DNA of 64,000 bases from Nitrospiria bacterium (GTDB taxonomy: Bacteria; Nitrospirota; Nitrospiria; JACQBZ01), in NCBI GenBank assembly GCA_035517655.1, contig DATIYJ010000041.1, forward strand, positions 5,801 to 69,800, given 5' to 3'. Positions 50,962 through 63,996 of the stretch are shown piece by piece. The notes beneath the pieces were generated by a model, which had not been told where the DNA came from, made no database searches, and saw nothing but the letters and a program-made list of their open reading frames with translations. Numbering within the stretch: the stretch's first letter is position 1; every line of letters starts with the position of its first letter. Both the position numbers and the translations under genes were made by a program.

Positions 50962-52122
50962 TTACAGCCCGGCTTCCTTGCGAAGGGCGGCGGCCAGGTC
51001 GGTATTTTCCCACGTGAATTCCGGCTCGGTTCGGCCGAAGTGACCGTAGGCCGCGGTTTTTTTGTAGATCGGCCGTCGGAGTTTCAGGTGTTCGATCATT
51101 CCCTTGGGCGTCATCGGAAAATGTTTTTGCACGAGCTTCAGGATCTTTTGGTTCGGGACCTTGCCGGTGTTTTTGGTGTTGACCAGGATGGAGACCGGTT
51201 CCGGGACGCCGATGGCGTACGCCATCTGGATCTCGCAGCGATCGGCGAGGCCGGCGGCGACGATGTTCTTGGCGATGTACCGGGCCATGTAGGACGCCGA
51301 GCGATCGACCTTGGAGGGGTCTTTCCCGGAGAAGGCGCCGCCCCCGTGGCTCCCGACGCCTCCGTAGGTGTCGACGATGATTTTCCGCCCGGTCACGCCG
51401 GTGTCGCCCTGCGGACCGCCCACCACGAAGCGCCCGGTCGGGTTGATGTGGTACACGATCTTTTCCTCGTCCATCAATTCCGCGGGAATGATCGGCTTGA
51501 TCACTTTTTCAATGACGTCCTCGCGAATCTCCTTCAAGGTCACCTCCGGGCTGTGCTGCGTGGAGATGACGACCGTCGTGACCCGGACCGGTTTCCCGTC
51601 CCGATAGTCGACGGTGACCTGGGACTTTCCATCGGGCCGAAGGTAGGGCAGGATGTCCTTTTTCCGGACCTCCGCCAGCCGGCGGGTCAGCTTGTGGGCC
51701 AGGATGATGGGCGTGGGCATGAACTCCGGCGTTTCGTTGCTGGCGTATCCGAACATGATGCCCTGGTCTCCCGCGCCGCCCGTGTCCACCCCCTGGGCGA
51801 TGTCGGGGGACTGGGCGTGGATCGAGGTGATGACGGAGCAGGTTTCGTAATCGAAGCCGTACTTGGCCCGCGTGTAGCCGATCTCCTTGATCGTTTCGCG
51901 CACGATGTCCGGAATCTCGACGTAACAGGAGGTGCTGATCTCCCCCGCGACGAAGGCCAACCCGGTGGTCACCAGCGTTTCGCAGGCCACGCGGCAATAC
52001 GGGTCCTGGGCGATAATGGAATCCAGGATCGCGTCCGAAATCTGGTCCGAGATTTTATCGGGGTGTCCTTCGGTGACCGATTCCGATGTGAATAAATAAT
52101 CCTCCCCTTTCATTCCTGTCAT
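50962..52122 (-). CDS. metK: S-adenosylmethionine synthetase
   Basis: N-terminal [25 protein letters not shown]-loop. RBS GGAGA. Confidence 0.9.
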   Translation of the reverse strand: MTGMKGEDYLFTSESVTEGHPDKISDQISDAILDSIIAQDPYCRVACETLVTTGLAFVAGEISTSCYVEIPDIVRETIKEIGYTRAKYGFDYETCSVITSIHAQSPDIAQGVDTGGAGDQGIMFGYASNETPEFMPTPIILAHKLTRRLAEVRKKDILPYLRPDGKSQVTVDYRDGKPVRVTTVVISTQHSPEVTLKEIREDVIEKVIKPIIPAELMDEEKIVYHINPTGRFVVGGPQGDTGVTGRKIIVDTYGGVGSHGGGAFSGKDPSKVDRSASYMARYIAKNIVAAGLADRCEIQMAYAIGVPEPVSILVNTKNTGKVPNQKILKLVQKHFPMTPKGMIEHLKLRRPIYKKTAAYGHFGRTEPEFTWENTDLAAALRKEAGL

Positions 52123-52218
52123 TTATTTCTCCTTTGGCCGCTTTCGTTGTCGGTCCGGGTTGAGCGCGTGAAACGGGTCCATCGCGTTCGATTAAATTCT
52201 TGAACTTGCGTAACCTTT

Positions 52219-52246
52219 TTTATATCACAGGGGTCGACTTTGTCAA
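52219..52246 (-). promoter_or_regulatory. Candidate sigma70 promoter of metK
   Basis: The minus strand reads TTGACA-N16-TATAAA. Predicted 5' UTR about 110 nt. Confidence 0.45.
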
Positions 52247-52328
52247 GGAAAAAGTGAGGCGCTCGGGCGGAAAAGCCCTCCGTTTGCTTGACAGGGCCGA
52301 AGCCGACACGTTACAGTCAGGTCGTTGA

Positions 52329-55474
<3,146 letters not shown>

Positions 55475-55526
55475 AATCCTGCCGGTCGGTTGACCTTTTT
55501 GTCGGGACGGGGTATATTCCTGTGCA

Positions 55527-55793
55527 ATGATGGCGGAAGACTTTCCCTATGCGTTAACGGCTCACGCGGCCAAAGTAATTTCAGAACGTCGAATTCAGTT
55601 GACATGGGTGGCGCAAGTCTTAACCCGGCCGTTGAATACCGAGCCTGATAAGCAAGATCCAATGTTACGGCATGCCTTGGGTCGTATTGCTGAATACGGA
55701 GGGCGGGTATTGCGAGTGGTGTACAACGAGAAAACACAACCGTGGCAGATTGTTACCGCATATTTTGACCGCAAGGAAAGGAGCAGGAAATGA
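55527..55793 (+). CDS. DUF4258-family protein (putative toxin of a DUF4258/DUF2283 pair)
   Basis: 88 aa, low-GC island. ATGA overlap with the next gene. Confidence 0.55.
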   Translation: MMAEDFPYALTAHAAKVISERRIQLTWVAQVLTRPLNTEPDKQDPMLRHALGRIAEYGGRVLRVVYNEKTQPWQIVTAYFDRKERSRK

Positions 55794-55990
55794 AGGTGCA
55801 TTTTGATGAAAAAGCAGACGCGATCTATCTCCGTCTTGACGAATCCAAAATCGTCGAGTCGGAGGAAGTGCAACCCGGCATCATCCTCGATTTCAATGAG
55901 CAGAACGAGGTGGTCGGCATTGAAATTCTTCGGGTGAAAGGCCGTGTGCCGCTGGCCAACCTGAAACAGATGCAGTTTGAGGTCGCATAA
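55790..55990 (+). CDS. DUF2283-family protein (putative antitoxin partner)
   Basis: 66 aa, MKVHFDEKADAIYLRL... is the typical DUF2283 start. Confidence 0.55.
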   Translation: MKVHFDEKADAIYLRLDESKIVESEEVQPGIILDFNEQNEVVGIEILRVKGRVPLANLKQMQFEVA

Positions 55991-56251
55991 ATGAAAGAAT
56001 ATCGTCCTGCCAAGAAGCGCATCACCGTTTCAGTCGGCGAGTCTGTGCGAATTCTTCGCGAGCTCCAGGAGCTAAGCCAGAGCCAGTTGGCCCGCCTAAC
56101 CCGCATTCCCCAATCCACCATTTCGGCAATTGAGAACGATCGCGTCCGTCTGGGTGTTGAGCGCGCAAAGGTTCTGGCCCGAGCGCTCAAGTGTCATCCT
56201 GGAGTCTTGGTGTTTCCCGGTTGGGAACTTCCCGGCATCGCTGCGGCATAG
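55991..56251 (+). CDS. XRE-family helix-turn-helix transcriptional regulator
   Basis: HTH LSQSQLARLTRIPQSTISAIENDR. Starts on the nucleotide after the DUF2283 stop. Confidence 0.7.
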   Translation: MKEYRPAKKRITVSVGESVRILRELQELSQSQLARLTRIPQSTISAIENDRVRLGVERAKVLARALKCHPGVLVFPGWELPGIAAA

Positions 56252-56512
56252 CCTGTTATACGCTCCCATCGTAGGGGCGTGATTCATCACGCCCTGATTT
56301 GGATGCAATTCATTGCGTCCCTACCGCCACAGCGTTAATTTCCCATCCCGGCTGTAAATGTTGACCTGTGTCAAAGGTTGTAAAAAGGCATGCTTTATTG
56401 ACTTTCGCGGACCTTACGAGATGCCGTGAATCTAACCCCTGTTGGAGCCGCTGGCGACTCGGCGGGGGCGCGGCTTTTTGACTTAATGGCCGCCCCGGGA
56501 GAAAGTTGACTC

Positions 56513-56818
56513 TCACCCTTCTTCAATCTGCTGGGCGCCGTGATGCACGGTCAGGATTTCGACTCGTGATTTTTTGGAGACAACACGGTAGATGATGCGG
56601 TAATGGCCGATGATCACTTCTCGAAGGCCGGAAGTCGGGAACTCTGGAACCATCCGTCCGGAGTTTGGAAATCGGGCGAGCCGGGCGACTTTCTTTTTGA
56701 TCTCTTTCCCAAAGCGTTGAGCCGCCTCCGGATCATCCGCCTTGATGTACTGAACAACCTCCAACAGGCTTCGCAGGGCCGGAGCGGTCCATTCGACGGC
56801 GTAAAGTTTCTTAGGCAT
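56513..56818 (-). CDS. Type II toxin, ParE/RelE family
   Basis: 101 aa, ...RFPNSGRMVPEF...EVIIGHYRIIYRV...ILTVHHG is the ParE/RelE fold signature. Confidence 0.8.
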   Translation of the reverse strand: MPKKLYAVEWTAPALRSLLEVVQYIKADDPEAAQRFGKEIKKKVARLARFPNSGRMVPEFPTSGLREVIIGHYRIIYRVVSKKSRVEILTVHHGAQQIEEG

Positions 56819-57089
56819 TCAGGAGTTCGTCCAATTGCCGCATGGCTTCCTTGTGGCGGACCCGATCTCCTTTTTCGGCAGCCTGAAGTCCCCGAATGAT
56901 CGCTTCCAACAATTCAAGCCGCTCCAGCCTATTCTCGTACTCTTTGACATCTTCGATCACGGCGGCCGAACGGCCCCGCTGGGTCAGAATGAGCGGCCGC
57001 CGGGTTTTCTTGATCTTCCGAAGCAGATCGGCTGCTTGGGTGCGGAAATCGGTTACCGGTGTTACATCCTCGGCGAACTTAGCTCTCAT
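56811..57089 (-). CDS. Type II antitoxin, Phd/YefM family
   Basis: 92 aa. N-terminal VTDFRTQAADLLRKIKKTRRPLILTQRGRSAAVI is the Phd/YefM signature. 8 nt overlap with the toxin start. Confidence 0.8.
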   Translation of the reverse strand: MRAKFAEDVTPVTDFRTQAADLLRKIKKTRRPLILTQRGRSAAVIEDVKEYENRLERLELLEAIIRGLQAAEKGDRVRHKEAMRQLDELLNA

Positions 57090-57226
57090 ATCGAAGATCT
57101 CCTTTTAGAAGTACTTTTTTCGATCGGTCTAATGTACTGTAAAAATACCTTATTTAGGGTCGAATGTCAATTCAAGTATGAGATGATTTCATCCGTAATC
57201 ATGGTCGCAAACAACGACAATCTTCA

Positions 57227-57255
57227 TTGACCGGCTTCACGATCGTTGCTACAAT
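57227..57255 (+). promoter_or_regulatory. Candidate sigma70 promoter of nth
   Basis: TTGACC-N17-TACAAT about 28 nt upstream of ATG 57283. Confidence 0.5.
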
Positions 57256-57282
57256 GTCCTCAGACGGCTGACGGGGGGCTTC

Positions 57283-57918
57283 TTGAATAAGCTCGAACAA
57301 CTTATAAAAATTCTCGACCGCGAATTTCCGGACCCGAAGGTCGAGCTTCATTACGAGACCCCCTTGGAACTCCTGATCGCCACGATCCTTTCGGCCCAAT
57401 GCACCGATGACCGCGTCAACAAGGTCACGCCGCATCTGTTTAACAAGTACAAGACCGCGGCGGACTACGCCAGGGCGGATCCGTCCGTTCTTGAGCAGGA
57501 AATCCGGTCCACCGGCTTCTACAAGAACAAGGCCAAAAACATCATCGGGTGCGGCCGGGCCCTGGTCGAGAAGCACGCCGGCCGGGTTCCGCAAACGATG
57601 GATGAGCTGGTCGAGCTGCCCGGCGTCTGGCGCAAAACGGCCAATGTCATCCTGGGAAACTGTTTCGGCCGCCCGGCCATCGTGGTGGATACGCATGTCC
57701 GGCGGGTCAGTCAACGCCTGGGATTGACCCGGTCGGACGACCCGGATGAAATCGAGACGGAACTCGGCCGTTTCATTCCCGAAAAGAAATGGACCCGCGT
57801 CTCGCACCAGCTTCTGCTCCACGGCCGCCACGTCTGCAAGGCGAAAAACCCCCGGTGTCCGGACTGCGGACTCAAGCCGATCTGCCGTTATTTCAAGCAG
57901 GAGCGCAAGGCCGGTTGA
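57283..57918 (+). CDS. nth: Endonuclease III
   Basis: HhH-GPD motif LPGVWRKTANVIL. Lys and Asp catalytic context. 4Fe-4S cluster CX6CX2CX5C at the C-terminus. Confidence 0.9.
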   Translation: MNKLEQLIKILDREFPDPKVELHYETPLELLIATILSAQCTDDRVNKVTPHLFNKYKTAADYARADPSVLEQEIRSTGFYKNKAKNIIGCGRALVEKHAGRVPQTMDELVELPGVWRKTANVILGNCFGRPAIVVDTHVRRVSQRLGLTRSDDPDEIETELGRFIPEKKWTRVSHQLLLHGRHVCKAKNPRCPDCGLKPICRYFKQERKAG

Positions 57919-57998
57919 TCCCGGCCGGGGCGCCGGTTTGTTTGACAAACCGGGCCGTTCTCTATATAATGACTGGTTTATTAGCCAGGCGAGGTTTG

Positions 57999-58877
57999 AT
58001 GATTGAAAGCATGACCGGCTACGGCCGAAGCGAGGGAAGTTACCGCGACCTGACGATCGTTGCGGAGCTTCGGTCGACCAATCATAAATACTGCGATATC
58101 ACGGTTCGGCTGCCCAAGCTTTTGCTCCCTCTCGAGACCGTTCTTCGGAAACAGGTGCAGCAACGATTCACCCGCGGCCGGCTGGAAGTGGCCGTATCGA
58201 TCAACGGCGCCAACGAGCAGCCGAAGCAACTCGACGTGGACCTCGAGCTCGCCCGCCAGTATTCCCGGATTCTCAAAGACCTGAAGGCCAAGCTTGATTT
58301 GCCGGGCCCGGTGGATCTGGCCCTGTTGATGAATTTCAAGGACATCATCACGACCGCGGAATGGACCGGGACGACGGACGCCCTGGCGGCGCAGGTCCGG
58401 GGACTCCTGAACGAAGCCATGGACCGCTTGGAAGCCATGCGCCGGAAAGAGGGGCGTGCGCTGGTCCGCGATCTCGGTCAGCGTCTCCGGTTGATCGAGA
58501 AGGCGCTGCGTCACATCCAGTCGCGCGTCCCGGCGATGGTTCGGGGCTATCAGGCCCGCCTCAACGAGCGCATTGAACGATTAACCCAAGGGGTTAAATT
58601 GGACCCGGCTCGGTTGGCCCAAGAGGTGGCTGTTTTTGCCGAACGATCGGATGTGAGCGAGGAACTGACCCGATTAAAAAGTCACCTGAACCAGTTCAGG
58701 ACCATGATGCAGGGACGGGAGTCCATCGGGCGAAGCCTGGATTTTCTCATCCAGGAAATGAACCGGGAGGTCAACACGATCGGGTCCAAGGCCAGCGACG
58801 CCTCCATCGCGATGAAGGTGGTCGGCATCAAGAGCGAGTTGGAAAAGCTCAGGGAACAGGTTCAAAACATCGAATGA
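57999..58877 (+). CDS. yicC: YicC/YloC-family protein
   Basis: MIESMTGYGRSEG N-terminus is the YicC_N hallmark. C-terminal DUF1732-like region EMNREVNTIGSKAS. Confidence 0.8.
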   Translation: MIESMTGYGRSEGSYRDLTIVAELRSTNHKYCDITVRLPKLLLPLETVLRKQVQQRFTRGRLEVAVSINGANEQPKQLDVDLELARQYSRILKDLKAKLDLPGPVDLALLMNFKDIITTAEWTGTTDALAAQVRGLLNEAMDRLEAMRRKEGRALVRDLGQRLRLIEKALRHIQSRVPAMVRGYQARLNERIERLTQGVKLDPARLAQEVAVFAERSDVSEELTRLKSHLNQFRTMMQGRESIGRSLDFLIQEMNREVNTIGSKASDASIAMKVVGIKSELEKLREQVQNIE

Positions 58878-58898
58878 CGGTCGGTTCGCGGTCAATTT

Positions 58899-59080
58899 GT
58901 AGGGGCTCGCGTCGCCGCTATTATCTATGGGGGCCCGTGCGGGCATTGCTCTTCCGATGCCCCCATACCCCGCGCTCGGACAGGCGAAGCCTGATCCTCG
59001 CTTTTCACCGGCCAAGCCGGATGGAGCGACTCGACCGAGCTCGTCGAGGTCCTCCCCCTCCCGCTCGCCGTGCTCGCTGG
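58899..59080 (+). repeat. Intergenic repeat family copy 6 (long form, about 182 bp) between yicC and gmk
   Basis: GTAGGGGCTCGCGTCGCC ... insert ... GCCGGATGGAGC ... CCTCCCCCTCCCGCTCGCCGTGCTCGCTGG, ending 10 nt before the gmk ATG. Confidence 0.7.
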
Positions 59081-59090
59081 AAAGAGGCTT

Positions 59091-59744
59091 ATGCGTGACA
59101 GTGCAGAACCCAAAGGCAAAGGAAGCACGGCGTCCAGAAGAACGGGGCTGCTTTTAGTGGTGTCCGCGCCCTCCGGCGCGGGTAAGACCACGTTATGCCG
59201 CGAGATGGCGCATACGATGCCCGGTCTGCAGTATTCCATTTCATACACGACGCGCTTGCCGCGTCCGAACGAGGTCGACGGAAAGGACTACTTCTTCATC
59301 GGGGAACCCGAGTTTATGCAGATGGTCCAGCGGAACGAATTTGCGGAATGGGCCAAGGTCCACAATCATTTCTATGGAACCCATGCGGGTTTTCTAAAAC
59401 GGACGATGGCCGCCGGAACGGACGTTCTCCTGGATGTCGACGTTCAAGGGGCCAAATTATTAAAGAAGCGGTTTCCGGACGGAATTTTCATTTTCGTCCT
59501 CCCCCCCTCCATGGCGACGTTGATGGAGCGGCTCCGGGAGCGGCGATCGGACCCGCCGGAGGAGATCGAACGGCGCCTCCAAGTGGCGCGGAAAGAGATT
59601 CAAAATTTCATCGATTACGACTACATCATCGTCAACGATGACATTAAAAAGGCCATCCGTGATTTGGAATCCGTCATTTTGGCCGAACGCATCCGGATCA
59701 ATCATGCGGATCCGGACTGGATCCGCGGGCAGTTCTTGAACTGA
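59091..59744 (+). CDS. gmk: Guanylate kinase
   Basis: P-loop SAPSGAGKTT. GMP-binding SYTTRLPRPNEVDGKDYFF. Confidence 0.9.
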   Translation: MRDSAEPKGKGSTASRRTGLLLVVSAPSGAGKTTLCREMAHTMPGLQYSISYTTRLPRPNEVDGKDYFFIGEPEFMQMVQRNEFAEWAKVHNHFYGTHAGFLKRTMAAGTDVLLDVDVQGAKLLKKRFPDGIFIFVLPPSMATLMERLRERRSDPPEEIERRLQVARKEIQNFIDYDYIIVNDDIKKAIRDLESVILAERIRINHADPDWIRGQFLN

Positions 59745-59777
59745 GCGCGGAACAAGCGAAAGGGAGGGTAGAGGAAA

Positions 59778-60158
59778 ATGGACATCATGTCGCTGATTAC
59801 GGATTATGACGATACCAAGATCGACAGCCGGTACCGGCTGGTCATCATTGCGGCGCAACGGGCCCGACAGCTGATGCAGGGTTCGAAGCCCCAGGTCACC
59901 AGCAAGTTTACCAAGGAAACCACGATCGCCCTGGACGAGGTATTGCAAGGCAAAACGGAGTTCATGACGGGCAAGGAGGCCAAAGTGGCCATGAAGGAAG
60001 CCATGCTCGCCCGTGAGATCGAGGATCGGGCCCGCGCCCGGGCCAAGGCGAAGGCGCTGCTGCCGCAGGAGGATGAAACCGAGATCAAGAAGGACCTGAG
60101 CATTTATGTCAGTGACCATAAGGAGGAAGCGCTTCCCGTGGTCGAGCCGGAAGAGTGA
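59778..60158 (+). CDS. rpoZ: DNA-directed RNA polymerase subunit omega
   Basis: SRYRLVIIAAQRARQL omega signature. Conserved yicC-gmk-rpoZ neighbourhood. Confidence 0.85.
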   Translation: MDIMSLITDYDDTKIDSRYRLVIIAAQRARQLMQGSKPQVTSKFTKETTIALDEVLQGKTEFMTGKEAKVAMKEAMLAREIEDRARARAKAKALLPQEDETEIKKDLSIYVSDHKEEALPVVEPEE

Positions 60159-60171
60159 CGGATAGAGCCCG

Positions 60172-61398
60172 ATGGAAGCGGATCTGCAAGGCCAACATAT
60201 CCTTTTGGGAGTCACGGGAAGCATCGCGGCCTACAAGTCGGTTCTGATCCTAAGGCAACTCATCCAGGCCGGGGGGAAGGTCACGGTGGTGATGACGTCG
60301 TCCGCGCAGCAATTCATCACCCCGCTGACGTTTCAGGTCCTGTCCCGTCGTCCCGTCTTCACGAACCTGTTTGATCCGAGCGATGAAATCCGCCACCTGA
60401 CGTTGGCCGAGCAGGTCGATCTGATTCTGATCGCCCCGGCCACGGCCAACGTCATCGGCAAAATCGCGAACGGGATTGCGGACGACCTCCTGACCACGCT
60501 GGCGGTGGCCAGTTCATCTCCGATCGTGATCGCCCCGGCCATGGACGGCGATATGTGGACCCATCCCGTGTTGCAGCGCAACCTGTCCATTTTGGAAGGT
60601 CTGGGTGTTCGCGTCGTGTCTCCCGAAGAGGGTCCTCTCGCCTCCGGGAAGGAGGGGACGGGCCGTTTGGCTTCGGAGGGCCGGATCGTGGAGGCCGTCT
60701 TGAGCCGACTGAGAAAACGGGGCGACCTGAAAGGAGAAACGGTCCTGGTGACGGCCGGACCCACGAGGGAAGCGATCGATCCGGTTCGGTTTATTTCGAA
60801 TCGATCGTCGGGCAAAATGGGCTATGCGCTGGCTCGCGCCGCTCAGGGACGCGGGGCGCGGGTCATTCTGGTCAGCGGTCCGACGCCGCTTCCGAGCCCC
60901 GCCAAGGTGGAACGGATTCAGGTCCAATCCGCGGATGAAATGCGGGAGGCCGTTTTGCGCTATTGGCCCGAGTCGACCGTGCTCATCATGGCGGCCGCAG
61001 TCTCGGATTATCGCCCCCGTCGTCGTTCGGAACAAAAACTTAAAAAGAATCATGAAGCCCTGTTCCTCGAGCTTGAACCCACGCCGGATATCCTGACGGA
61101 AGTCCGCTCACGGCGGGGCCGTCAAATCGTGGTCGGCTTCGCGGCCGAGACGGAGGACGTCTTGAGCCGGGCCCGATCCAAGCTGGCGCAAAAAGGACTC
61201 GATCTCATCGTGGCCAACGATGTAACCCAGGAAGGGGCGGGTTTTGACCTGGACACCAACATTGTAACCTTGATCGATGCTCAGGGCGGAACCCGGGCGT
61301 TGCCCAAATTATCAAAGGCCGAAGCGGCCGAGCAAATCCTGGATCGGATCAACGAGTTGAAGAGTCGATCCGGAACGGGAGACCGTCCGCTTCGTTGA
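60172..61398 (+). CDS. coaBC: Bifunctional phosphopantothenoylcysteine decarboxylase / phosphopantothenate-cysteine ligase
   Basis: Flavoprotein N-domain (ILLGVTGSIAAYK). CoaB domain (LVTAGPTREAIDPVRFISNRSSGKMG). Confidence 0.9.
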   Translation: MEADLQGQHILLGVTGSIAAYKSVLILRQLIQAGGKVTVVMTSSAQQFITPLTFQVLSRRPVFTNLFDPSDEIRHLTLAEQVDLILIAPATANVIGKIANGIADDLLTTLAVASSSPIVIAPAMDGDMWTHPVLQRNLSILEGLGVRVVSPEEGPLASGKEGTGRLASEGRIVEAVLSRLRKRGDLKGETVLVTAGPTREAIDPVRFISNRSSGKMGYALARAAQGRGARVILVSGPTPLPSPAKVERIQVQSADEMREAVLRYWPESTVLIMAAAVSDYRPRRRSEQKLKKNHEALFLELEPTPDILTEVRSRRGRQIVVGFAAETEDVLSRARSKLAQKGLDLIVANDVTQEGAGFDLDTNIVTLIDAQGGTRALPKLSKAEAAEQILDRINELKSRSGTGDRPLR

Positions 61399-61457
61399 CT
61401 TTTATCCGGGATTTGTTATGATGGGGCTGCCCGAACCCGCATCTCTTGTGGAGGTCT

Positions 61458-62573
61458 ATGGATAAAAAAAAGGAACAGGGAAAACCTCTTTCCCCCGAAA
61501 TCGCCAAGCTCTCTGAAAAATGGGCCAAGGACCCCAAATCGAGACTCTTTGTGCCGTTGGCGGAGGAATATTTGAAGTCCGGAATGCTTCACGAAGCCCA
61601 AATCGTGTTGACCGACGGGTTGAAGATCCATCCGAATTTTCATACGGCCCGGACGATTCTGGGGAAAGTATACCTTGAAAAAGGTCAAATCGCCGAAGCG
61701 AAGGCGGAATTTGAACAGGTGATCAAGGTTGATCCGGAGAACCTTCTTGCGCATCGCAAGCTGGCCAATCTTTACCATGAATCGGGCGAGTGGGACAAGG
61801 CGCGGATCTCCTGCCGGGCGGTTCTGCTGTCCAGTCCCAAGGACCCCGAGATGAAACTTATCTCGGACGAATTGGATCGCATCGAAGAATCGAAACGGCA
61901 AAAGCTGCAGGCGCAAATGACCGTTTCAACCGAAGCGGGGTCGCTTGAGATGCAGGTTGAACAGACCGCCCATGCCACGCTTCCGTTGGAAGCGCCACCG
62001 GTCGAAAAAGAAACGGCCCGTGACGTTCCTCCGGAAAAGATCGAAGCTCCGTCGGCCGTAATCAATCTCGGCGGGCCCGAACCCGCTTTGGAACAGGTCC
62101 CGGAGCCGCCGGCGTCCGAAGCCGCCGCGGTGCCGGACGGCGTTGCAATCTCTGAAACGGAAACGGTCCGGCCCAGCGAGCCTTCGATCGAAGCAGCCCC
62201 GGCCGCTCCGGCGCCGACCGAAGAAATTACCACCGAGGCCCTAGCCGATCTGTATATCCGGCAAGGCTTTTATGAAAAAGGAATCGCGATCTATCGACGC
62301 TTGCTCGCGAAGGATCCGGCCAATCAGGTCTTGTTCAAAAAGCTGGAGGAAACCGTTGAATTGGCCAGGCTGCTGAACGAGGGTCCGCAACTCAAAACCA
62401 AAACGGCCCCCGCCCCCGAAGCTCCTCCTCCTGCGTCCGCGCCGGCGCCGGAGACTCCAACGGCCTCTCCCGCGGCCGAACCCGCACCGGCCAGAGATCA
62501 AGAGCGACAAAAGATGCTCAAGATCCAACGGCTTCAATCCTGGTTGGACAGCATTAAAAAGGGGCAGGGCTGA
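61458..62573 (+). CDS. TPR-repeat protein with a Pro/Ala/Glu-rich low-complexity linker
   Basis: N-terminal TPRs (GKVYLEKGQIAEAKAEFEQVIKVDPEN; LANLYHESGEWDKARISC). Long PAPE-rich middle. C-terminal TPR (LADLYIRQGFYEKGIAIYRRLL). Confidence 0.7.
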   Translation: MDKKKEQGKPLSPEIAKLSEKWAKDPKSRLFVPLAEEYLKSGMLHEAQIVLTDGLKIHPNFHTARTILGKVYLEKGQIAEAKAEFEQVIKVDPENLLAHRKLANLYHESGEWDKARISCRAVLLSSPKDPEMKLISDELDRIEESKRQKLQAQMTVSTEAGSLEMQVEQTAHATLPLEAPPVEKETARDVPPEKIEAPSAVINLGGPEPALEQVPEPPASEAAAVPDGVAISETETVRPSEPSIEAAPAAPAPTEEITTEALADLYIRQGFYEKGIAIYRRLLAKDPANQVLFKKLEETVELARLLNEGPQLKTKTAPAPEAPPPASAPAPETPTASPAAEPAPARDQERQKMLKIQRLQSWLDSIKKGQG

Positions 62574-62929
62574 TGGGGATGGCCGACGCCCTGCAGGGTG
62601 TGATCGACGATCTCGATGAAGCGCGCGGGGCGGCACTCGTCGGAATGGACGGGATCGTCGTGGAAGAGAGGAAGCACGATGGCCAGCTCGATCTCCAGGC
62701 GCTCGGGGCCGAGTTCAGCGGGCTGCTCAGGACGGCCGGGAAACTGGGCGACTCGGTCGGGTTCGGAGGGATCCTGGAACTGGTCACCAGCGCCGAACGC
62801 TCCGTGGTGGTTCTCCGGCAGGTGACGGCCGAGTATTTCCTGATCCTGGTGATTCAAGCCGACGGAAATTTGGGGAAGGCGCGGTTTCTCCTGCGGCGCG
62901 CCGGCGCGCAACTCAAAACGGAATTGTGA
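62573..62929 (+). CDS. Roadblock/LC7-domain protein (MglB-like)
   Basis: 118 aa. The LC7 fold pattern is [12 protein letters not shown]...[16 protein letters not shown]. 1-nt overlap with the TPR gene stop. Confidence 0.65.
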   Translation: MGMADALQGVIDDLDEARGAALVGMDGIVVEERKHDGQLDLQALGAEFSGLLRTAGKLGDSVGFGGILELVTSAERSVVVLRQVTAEYFLILVIQADGNLGKARFLLRRAGAQLKTEL

Positions 62930-62942
62930 GGCTGGAATCACC

Positions 62943-63395
62943 GTGGATCGGATTCTGGTGTTGCATGGTCCGAATTTAAATCTATTGGGAACCCGCGAAA
63001 CCTCGGTGTATGGAACCCTGCCCTTGCCCGAGATCGACCGGCAGCTCAGGACGCTGGCCGAGAAAGAAGGGGTGGAACTGACCATCGAACAGTCCAACTC
63101 CGAGGGAGAGCTGGTGACTCTGATTCAGAAGGCTTCCGGCCGATATCAGGCGGTGCTGATTAACCCCGCGGCGTATACTCATACCAGCATCGCGCTGCGC
63201 GACGCCGTCGCTGCGGTGGGCCTGCCCACCGTTGAAGTCCACCTCTCGAACATTTATCAGCGTGAAGCCTTTCGTCGGCATTCGTACATCTCGGATGTGT
63301 CCGTCGGGCAGGTCAGCGGTTTCGGCGCTTACAGTTATCAATTGGGGCTGTTGGCCGTGATCCACCATTTGAGAACGAAACCGCAACAGACCTGA
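62943..63395 (+). CDS. aroQ: Type II 3-dehydroquinate dehydratase
   Basis: [16 protein letters not shown] and [15 protein letters not shown] signatures. GTG start. Confidence 0.9.
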   Translation: MDRILVLHGPNLNLLGTRETSVYGTLPLPEIDRQLRTLAEKEGVELTIEQSNSEGELVTLIQKASGRYQAVLINPAAYTHTSIALRDAVAAVGLPTVEVHLSNIYQREAFRRHSYISDVSVGQVSGFGAYSYQLGLLAVIHHLRTKPQQT

Positions 63396-63438
63396 CCGTT
63401 TGTCCATAAACCCGAATAACAGGTGAGGAGGAGTGGGT

Positions 63439-63996
63439 GTGATTTCGACTACGGAGTTTCGGAACGGCGCCAAGGTGGAAATTTCGGGTGAACCGTTCGT
63501 CATTATCGAGTTTCAGCATGTCAAGCCCGGAAAAGGCGGGGCCTTTGTGCGGACGCGGCTGAAAAGCCTTAAATCCGGTAACGTGCTGGAGCGCACGTAT
63601 CGCTCGGGCGAGACGTTGGACGAGCCGGACATCGAGGAAAAAGAGATGCAGTTCCTGTACGCCCAGGGGCGCGAATTCCATTTTATGGACACGTCCACGT
63701 ACGAGCAGTTGGCTTTCGACCAGGATCAATTGGGCGACAGCCGCGATTTCTTGAAGGAGAACATGCTGGTGAAGATTCTAATCTACAAAGGCAAACCCTT
63801 GACCGTGGAAGTCCCCACGTTTGTGGCATTGAAGATCGCCCGGACGGATCCCGGCGTGCGCGGGGATACGGCCAGCGGCGGAACCAAACCGGCGGTGCTG
63901 GAGACCGGGGCGACCATCAAGGTGCCCTTGTATCTGGAAGAAGGGGAAGTCATCAAGATCGATACCCGATCCCGGTCCTATGTGGAACGGGCATAG
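63439..63996 (+). CDS. efp: Elongation factor P
   Basis: KPGKG loop (modified lysine context). OB domains. RBS AGGTGAGGAGG. GTG start giving MISTTEFRNG. Confidence 0.9.
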   Translation: MISTTEFRNGAKVEISGEPFVIIEFQHVKPGKGGAFVRTRLKSLKSGNVLERTYRSGETLDEPDIEEKEMQFLYAQGREFHFMDTSTYEQLAFDQDQLGDSRDFLKENMLVKILIYKGKPLTVEVPTFVALKIARTDPGVRGDTASGGTKPAVLETGATIKVPLYLEEGEVIKIDTRSRSYVERA

